Source: Candidatus Thorarchaeota archaeon SMTZ1-45
GTDB lineage: Archaea > Asgardarchaeota > Thorarchaeia > Thorarchaeales > Thorarchaeaceae
Length of the DNA stretch: 15,024 nucleotides
Direction: 5' to 3'
Assembly: GCA_001563335.1 (NCBI GenBank)
Contig: LRSL01000101.1
Span: forward strand, 1-15,024
Positions 1-4,473 of the stretch are shown here, one piece after another. The notes under the pieces were generated by a model that was given only the letters and a program-made list of their open reading frames with translations, did no database searches and was not told the DNA's origin. Made by a program: the position numbers and the translations under genes. The stretch's first letter is position 1. Every line of letters begins with the position of its first letter.

Positions 1-2
1 CA

Positions 3-1967
3 GTATCTGTTGAGAAGTCCTCCTCACAAGTACTCCAAGTATCTGTGAAAGAAATTAACAAAGTTGAATCATCTCAAGGAATTCTTGATAGATTGAAACT
101 GATTCCATATAGAGAACCTCCACAAAGGGATGAAGACGATGATGACTCAGAACAGTACTATCCTGCAAAGGAAATCACTCGTGCCCGTATGCACAAAGAG
201 AGAAAGAAATCAGATATACAGAAAATCTGGACACGACGTCCTCCACTATTTGTGGTTCCAAGAGATATCAGGATTGGAGAGAGAGAGTACAGACGAGAAG
301 TGTGGCGAATACTTCGAACAGCAGAGTTTCTTTGTAATAGAACACCTGACATACAACAGGATTGGAGAAGGCTCCTCAACGATGTTGTTACAGTATGTAA
401 GGAAGAAAGAAAGAAATCAGTTGATGTTCTGGAGGACGTAAAGAAAATCTTGGCACAGAAAAAGGAATCACGAGATATATGGAAATTGCTGATAGATGTG
501 AGAAAGGAGTCTATCAATGTAACTCAGAAGGTTGAGTCTACAAAAAGTGCATTGTGGGAACTCTTTGGGAATGACCTCTACTTACTTGTTCTAGCGATAT
601 TTCACGATGATGAGCTAGAGATTGATGTTTCAGCATTTGATGTCCTATGGTCTTCATTTTCAGACTGGCAGTTTTCCAATATGGGATATATTCCGTATGA
701 ACAACCGGATACATACGTGACATCGAAGTATGATGTAATCTCAATATGGACTAATCTTAGATGGAGAGCAAAACAGCTAGGGCGTATTAGGCCAGTTATT
801 GGAGTTTTCGAAGACTATAGATTTGGTCTTCTTGTTAACATTAATCAAGTTAGTAGTTGGTTGATGATTCAGACTAGATCTGGACAACAGTCAATGAATG
901 CGGGATATTCTGAATCTTTTCAGTGGCCCTTCCGTTGGAAATGGTATGACTGTATAACAGACCCGTTTCAACTTGAGGAAGTGAGTGATAGTTCTTGGGA
1001 CTCTGCTGTTCCGATTGTCATTACTCAAAGTGAAGGAAAGGATATCCTCTGGACTCCAAGAATGGAGGATGATGAGATTGTTCAATGGTGGGCAGAGGGA
1101 TTGTTTGAATGTGGAATGCCTCCAGAGGGGAGATTAGTCCCAATTAGGTGGTTCAGACTAAGTAGAATTCCTGACACTTTGAAATCTAGATTGATACAAC
1201 CAGAAGTCAATATTCCAAGCAATCTCGAAGACATTGTGAATATAACTCTGGAAGAAATGGATGGATTGAGTGATTATATTAGAAAGGTGAGTTGTCGGGT
1301 AACAATTGATGTTGATAGTGAAGTGTATCAGATTCAATTCTTCGATAAAAAATCTAGGAAGACAGATCCAACTAGCACTTTCGATATCGAAAACACAACC
1401 GAGTTGATTCAGACCTTGAGACATCCAACGTTGAAGGGGATACCCTTCAAGAACGAGTTATGGTGGAATCCTGAATCCGACATCAAGTTTACGAAAGTTG
1501 ACACAGAGTACGGTCCAATCGATTTGACATTTCTTAAACCATTCACCTATCGTTCTCGAAGAGGGTCAAAGCTCTTGAGGAATGTGACCCTTCCTAAGAC
1601 TGCAAGTGATTTACTTCAAACGAGGCTTGGAGATTCAATAACATTGGTTGCAGATTCGAATCTAGAACAGATGGCGTACCCCTACGCAAAGTATTGGAGA
1701 ATTCTGTTTCTTCAGACCAAACCTAGTGAGAAGATGCTTCGCCTTCAGAATATTGATGTGAATATCATTGAGATAGCTCAGTTCTTTGAAAGCAAGCAGT
1801 TTATCGATACGACAACCAGGCTGAGACATCCTCTTAGATTTGTTATAACCAACCTGAAGCAAGTCAGTTTCCCGGAAGATGTATTTCGATATAGCGAAAT
1901 TGCTACATATTTGGAAGAGAAGGACATTGTTGCAACAGATGAAAATGACTTCGAAGATTCTGGATAG
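3..1967 (+). CDS. Large hypothetical protein, C-terminal portion (5'-truncated by the window edge)
   Basis: The ORF track gives 45..1967, but the frame is open from position 3 (VSVEKSSSQVLQVSVKE...), so the real start lies upstream of the window. More than 650 codons open, Trp-rich, no motif I recognise. TAG stop at 1965-1967. Confidence 0.8.
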   Translation, partial: VSVEKSSSQVLQVSVKEINKVESSQGILDRLKLIPYREPPQRDEDDDDSEQYYPAKEITRARMHKERKKSDIQKIWTRRPPLFVVPRDIRIGEREYRREVWRILRTAEFLCNRTPDIQQDWRRLLNDVVTVCKEERKKSVDVLEDVKKILAQKKESRDIWKLLIDVRKESINVTQKVESTKSALWELFGNDLYLLVLAIFHDDELEIDVSAFDVLWSSFSDWQFSNMGYIPYEQPDTYVTSKYDVISIWTNLRWRAKQLGRIRPVIGVFEDYRFGLLVNINQVSSWLMIQTRSGQQSMNAGYSESFQWPFRWKWYDCITDPFQLEEVSDSSWDSAVPIVITQSEGKDILWTPRMEDDEIVQWWAEGLFECGMPPEGRLVPIRWFRLSRIPDTLKSRLIQPEVNIPSNLEDIVNITLEEMDGLSDYIRKVSCRVTIDVDSEVYQIQFFDKKSRKTDPTSTFDIENTTELIQTLRHPTLKGIPFKNELWWNPESDIKFTKVDTEYGPIDLTFLKPFTYRSRRGSKLLRNVTLPKTASDLLQTRLGDSITLVADSNLEQMAYPYAKYWRILFLQTKPSEKMLRLQNIDVNIIEIAQFFESKQFIDTTTRLRHPLRFVITNLKQVSFPEDVFRYSEIATYLEEKDIVATDENDFEDSG

Positions 1968-2010
1968 TACCATAAACTTGAAGTAGTATTCAAAGCAGTT
2001 TGCAAATTGA

Positions 2011-2086
2011 AGCCCCGTGGTGTAGTGGTCCAGCATTGAGGGTTTTGGCCTCTCAGACCTAGGTTCAAATCCTGGCGGGGCTACCA
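2011..2086 (+). tRNA. tRNA-Gln(UUG), intronless, CCA encoded
   Basis: Cloverleaf: acceptor AGCCCCG/CGGGGCT + A-CCA; D arm GTGT..GCAT; anticodon stem GAGGG/CTCTC with loop TT-TTG-GC; variable loop AGAC; T arm CTAGG-TTCAAAT-CCTGG. The A1-U72 pair is typical of archaeal tRNA-Gln. Confidence 0.96.
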
Positions 2087-2141
2087 CTTTTCCAAGAGTT
2101 AAAATCATCTTATTCTATCGTCCCAAAAAAGGGGGTTTCTA

Positions 2142-2915
2142 ATGACCGAAAGAAATCAAGTCGAGAGAGCCATAAAGGTGACACTCGAGAATGCTCAAGA
2201 ACTTCTTCGTAATTCTAGAGTTCTTGAAAAACAGGATAGTATTGGACACGCTACTAGTTTGGCAGTACTGGGTTTCGAAGAGGCACACAAAGCCTATCTC
2301 ACATCCTTTTTCCTTCCACTATTTGATGGGATTATCAGTCAAGAGTATAGAGATGATTTGAGAGGGCATTTAAAGAAACATGAATGGAAACAACTTCATG
2401 CGAAAGAGTTCCGTACAGGTCTTGAATACCTGTTAAAATCAGGCGGGTTATCTGAGGATACAAGAGAGCTACTGGGAATTCCAGTCCTGTCTAAAATCAC
2501 TCCAAGCACAGAGTATGCATTTTCAAAGAAACTGAATAAGATGAAAAATGATGGACTTTACGCGGACCCTTTTAGAAACCCAATTTGGTATCCAGCTGGT
2601 ATCAAACTTGAAACATTGAAAGCAGTTCAAGAGTTAGCAGCGACTCAAATTAAATCAGTGAAACGAATTGTAACGGTACTATCAGCAGTACGCTTTCTTC
2701 CAAGTAAGATGATAGAACCTATCAGAAATGAATTAGCATTGTTGTCCTCAACGCTTGATGAATTAAAGAAGGGCATCTCAAATTTTGACGAGTTAAAAGA
2801 GAAACTATCTGAATTCGGTGAAACTGGTAGTATTATGGCTTCGCTTGTTACATTGTACCTTGGTAGTGAAAGGATGAAGCAGATTCAACGCGAGAAGAAA
2901 AGAATGAGAACGTGA
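2142..2915 (+). CDS. abiV: AbiV-family (HEPN superfamily) abortive-infection-like protein
   Basis: Matches the AbiV pattern: N-terminal 'LENAQELLRNSRVL...GHATSLAVLGFEEAHK', central 'HEWK', and 'LNKMKNDGLYAD' (K/R-N-x-x-x-Y-x-D). GGGGGT precedes the ATG. Confidence 0.8.
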   Translation: MTERNQVERAIKVTLENAQELLRNSRVLEKQDSIGHATSLAVLGFEEAHKAYLTSFFLPLFDGIISQEYRDDLRGHLKKHEWKQLHAKEFRTGLEYLLKSGGLSEDTRELLGIPVLSKITPSTEYAFSKKLNKMKNDGLYADPFRNPIWYPAGIKLETLKAVQELAATQIKSVKRIVTVLSAVRFLPSKMIEPIRNELALLSSTLDELKKGISNFDELKEKLSEFGETGSIMASLVTLYLGSERMKQIQREKKRMRT

Positions 2916-2919
2916 GAAG

Positions 2920-2956
2920 CTCGCTGACGGAGGTTCAAATCCTCCCGGGGCTACCA
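2920..2956 (+). repeat. Second copy of the tRNA-Gln 3' portion (att-like direct repeat)
   Basis: CTCGC-TGAC-GGAGG-TTCAAAT-CCTCC-CGGGGCT-ACCA versus tRNA CTCTC-AGAC-CTAGG-TTCAAAT-CCTGG-CGGGGCT-ACCA. T loop, acceptor strand and CCA are identical; the T stem differs but is fully paired. Confidence 0.92.
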
Positions 2957-2962
2957 TCTCAA

Positions 2963-3401
2963 TTAATACTTGAACCAATGATCACCAACCTGAATTTCTG
3001 AGAGGTTTCCCTCTTCAGACCGAGGTTTCCGAATCTCAACAAGGTTGAGAACATTATAACCTCTTTTTTTCAAGAAGTGAATGATGACAGTATTATTCGG
3101 ATGAATCCAATTATAGACGGTTTCTTCATCCGGGTTCTTGACGAGGCGTTCTGCCTGGGAATATAGTGCAGACCCGATACCTTTTCTACGAGCGGATGGT
3201 TTTACAAACAAAGACTCAGCCCAGACGACATTTTGATCAATCCGACAGACCAAGTATGAGATAGTCTTCCAATTCTCTTCTTGCTGCATCAAAGTCATGA
3301 CTCTTTGAGATTGACTTCAGACTTGAAAGGAATACACGATACTCTCCAATTAGAGTTATGAGTTGGTCTTCATCTTCTGGACGATAGTTTCTGATTTCCA
3401 T
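2963..3401 (-). pseudogene. GNAT-family N-acetyltransferase, frameshifted by an apparent internal deletion near 3257
   Basis: ATG at 3401 gives MEIRNYRPEDEDQLITLIGEYRVFLSSLKSISKSHDFDAARRELEDYL (GNAT beta1/alpha1/alpha2), then runs to TGA at 3239-3237. The rest (YLVCRID..ESLFVKPSARRKGIGSALY..HPNN..FLKKRGY; acetyl-CoA motif RRKGIG) is in another frame from 3256. The beta2 strand that normally sits between the two parts is absent. Confidence 0.8.
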
Positions 3402-3468
3402 AACACTAGGTCAGATTAATGAGATAAGTGCCTTTAGTCATCCTAAATTACTGTACAGTATAAACTAA

Positions 3469-3491
3469 TTCAAATCCTCTTGGGGCTACCA
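3469..3491 (+). repeat. Third, shorter copy of the tRNA-Gln 3' end (att-like direct repeat)
   Basis: TTCAAATCCTCTTGGGGCTACCA is 21/23 identical to 2934-2956 and 20/23 identical to tRNA 2064-2086. It ends immediately next to the stop codon of the convergent HD gene. Confidence 0.88.
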
Positions 3492-4346
3492 CTATTTTTC
3501 AGTTGGTGTGAGACCGTCACCAGGTTCAGTCATCTGGACACGAAATAGTCTTTTCACATGTGAGAGAACAAGCCGGTCTCCATTGACAAGAACGTCAATC
3601 TCGATATGGTCCTGCAAGCCTGAAGTGGAGATCTTCTTCTCAAGGACTGCTTCAACCTGAAAGACGCCTGCAGGATTATCCATTGCGACAGTTATGTGTA
3701 GCGGCGTTCCTTTACCTCGCTCTAGAATGACATTATCAATAGCCATGGCACTGACTGAGTGTATATCGACCTTACCCTTCTGAAATGGTACTATTGTGCG
3801 GCCCTTGGTCATGTCGCATCCATCACCAAGCTTTGTGATTCCAGCCTCAAGGGTCAAACACTGTGTGTCATCATCATGAGCATAGATTCCGTGAAGGATG
3901 AAAGAGAGAATATCAGTAGCCTTCGCAGGGTCACCGTAGATATCCATAAGCTTCGACTCGAGAATGGGACTTGCCAAATTTATTGATGCTTGAGGGTGTT
4001 CGTTTCTGTGTACAACCATCCCAATATCATGGAGGTATGTTGATGCAAGAACTATGAGACGAGCATCATCCAAGTCTCCAATCCCTTCTGCTACCACATT
4101 TGGTTGGAACGTTTGTTCGAGAATGTCAAAGGCTTTCAGCGCATTCCATGTCGCAACTTCTGCATGGACTGGACCATGGTCTGTATAACCCAGTCTTGAT
4201 ACAGCCATTCGATTTGCTGTACGAAGATAGGACTGTACTTTCGGAGAACCAGTAAGGTGTTGATACATCTCCAGGGCAAGTGATTCGCCATTTAATAATT
4301 CACGTGCACGAATATTCTCTCGTTGAATGACTTCACTCGTATTCAT
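3492..4346 (-). CDS. HD-domain metal-dependent phosphohydrolase (COG3294-like)
   Basis: 'RLGYTDHGPVH', 'YLHDIGMVVHR', 'IYAHD', 'GDGCDMTKGR', 'DIHSVSAMAI' and 'NPAGVFQVE' are the conserved motifs of this HD family. Confidence 0.9.
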   Translation of the reverse strand: MNTSEVIQRENIRARELLNGESLALEMYQHLTGSPKVQSYLRTANRMAVSRLGYTDHGPVHAEVATWNALKAFDILEQTFQPNVVAEGIGDLDDARLIVLASTYLHDIGMVVHRNEHPQASINLASPILESKLMDIYGDPAKATDILSFILHGIYAHDDDTQCLTLEAGITKLGDGCDMTKGRTIVPFQKGKVDIHSVSAMAIDNVILERGKGTPLHITVAMDNPAGVFQVEAVLEKKISTSGLQDHIEIDVLVNGDRLVLSHVKRLFRVQMTEPGDGLTPTEK

Positions 4347-4454
4347 TATGAACTACCTACATAGGGACAGTTTTTGTTTACTTTTTGTTTGATAAGAGTT
4401 ACTTTGTAGCACAAATACAGGAATGTATCTGTGGTCCAATAAGGCAAAGTGTTC

Positions 4455-4473
4455 AGGTAGACTACATCTACCT
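4455..4473 (-). other. Perfect 7-bp inverted repeat overlapping the stop codon of the ribophorin-like gene (possible 3' stem-loop)
   Basis: AGGTAGA-CTACA-TCTACCT. Function not established. Confidence 0.35.

Larger units (their letters stand above)
2087..3491. mobile_element. tRNA-Gln-anchored mini-island made of two repeat-bounded units (2087-2956 and 2957-3491); no integrase in the window
   Basis: Accessory-type genes (AbiV, decayed GNAT) sit between direct repeats of the tRNA 3' end, the classic footprint of tyrosine-integrase insertion at tRNA genes. Confidence 0.7.

Noticed and set aside
1662-2108. Minus-strand ORFs 1662..2108 and 1778..2068
   Set aside because: They are antisense to the tRNA and the large CDS; 'VAPPGFEPRS' is the typical translation of a reverse-complemented tRNA.
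2064-3491. Three similar ~23-bp repeats as a CRISPR array
   Set aside because: Spacing is 535-870 bp, the repeats are tRNA 3' ends, and no cas genes are present.
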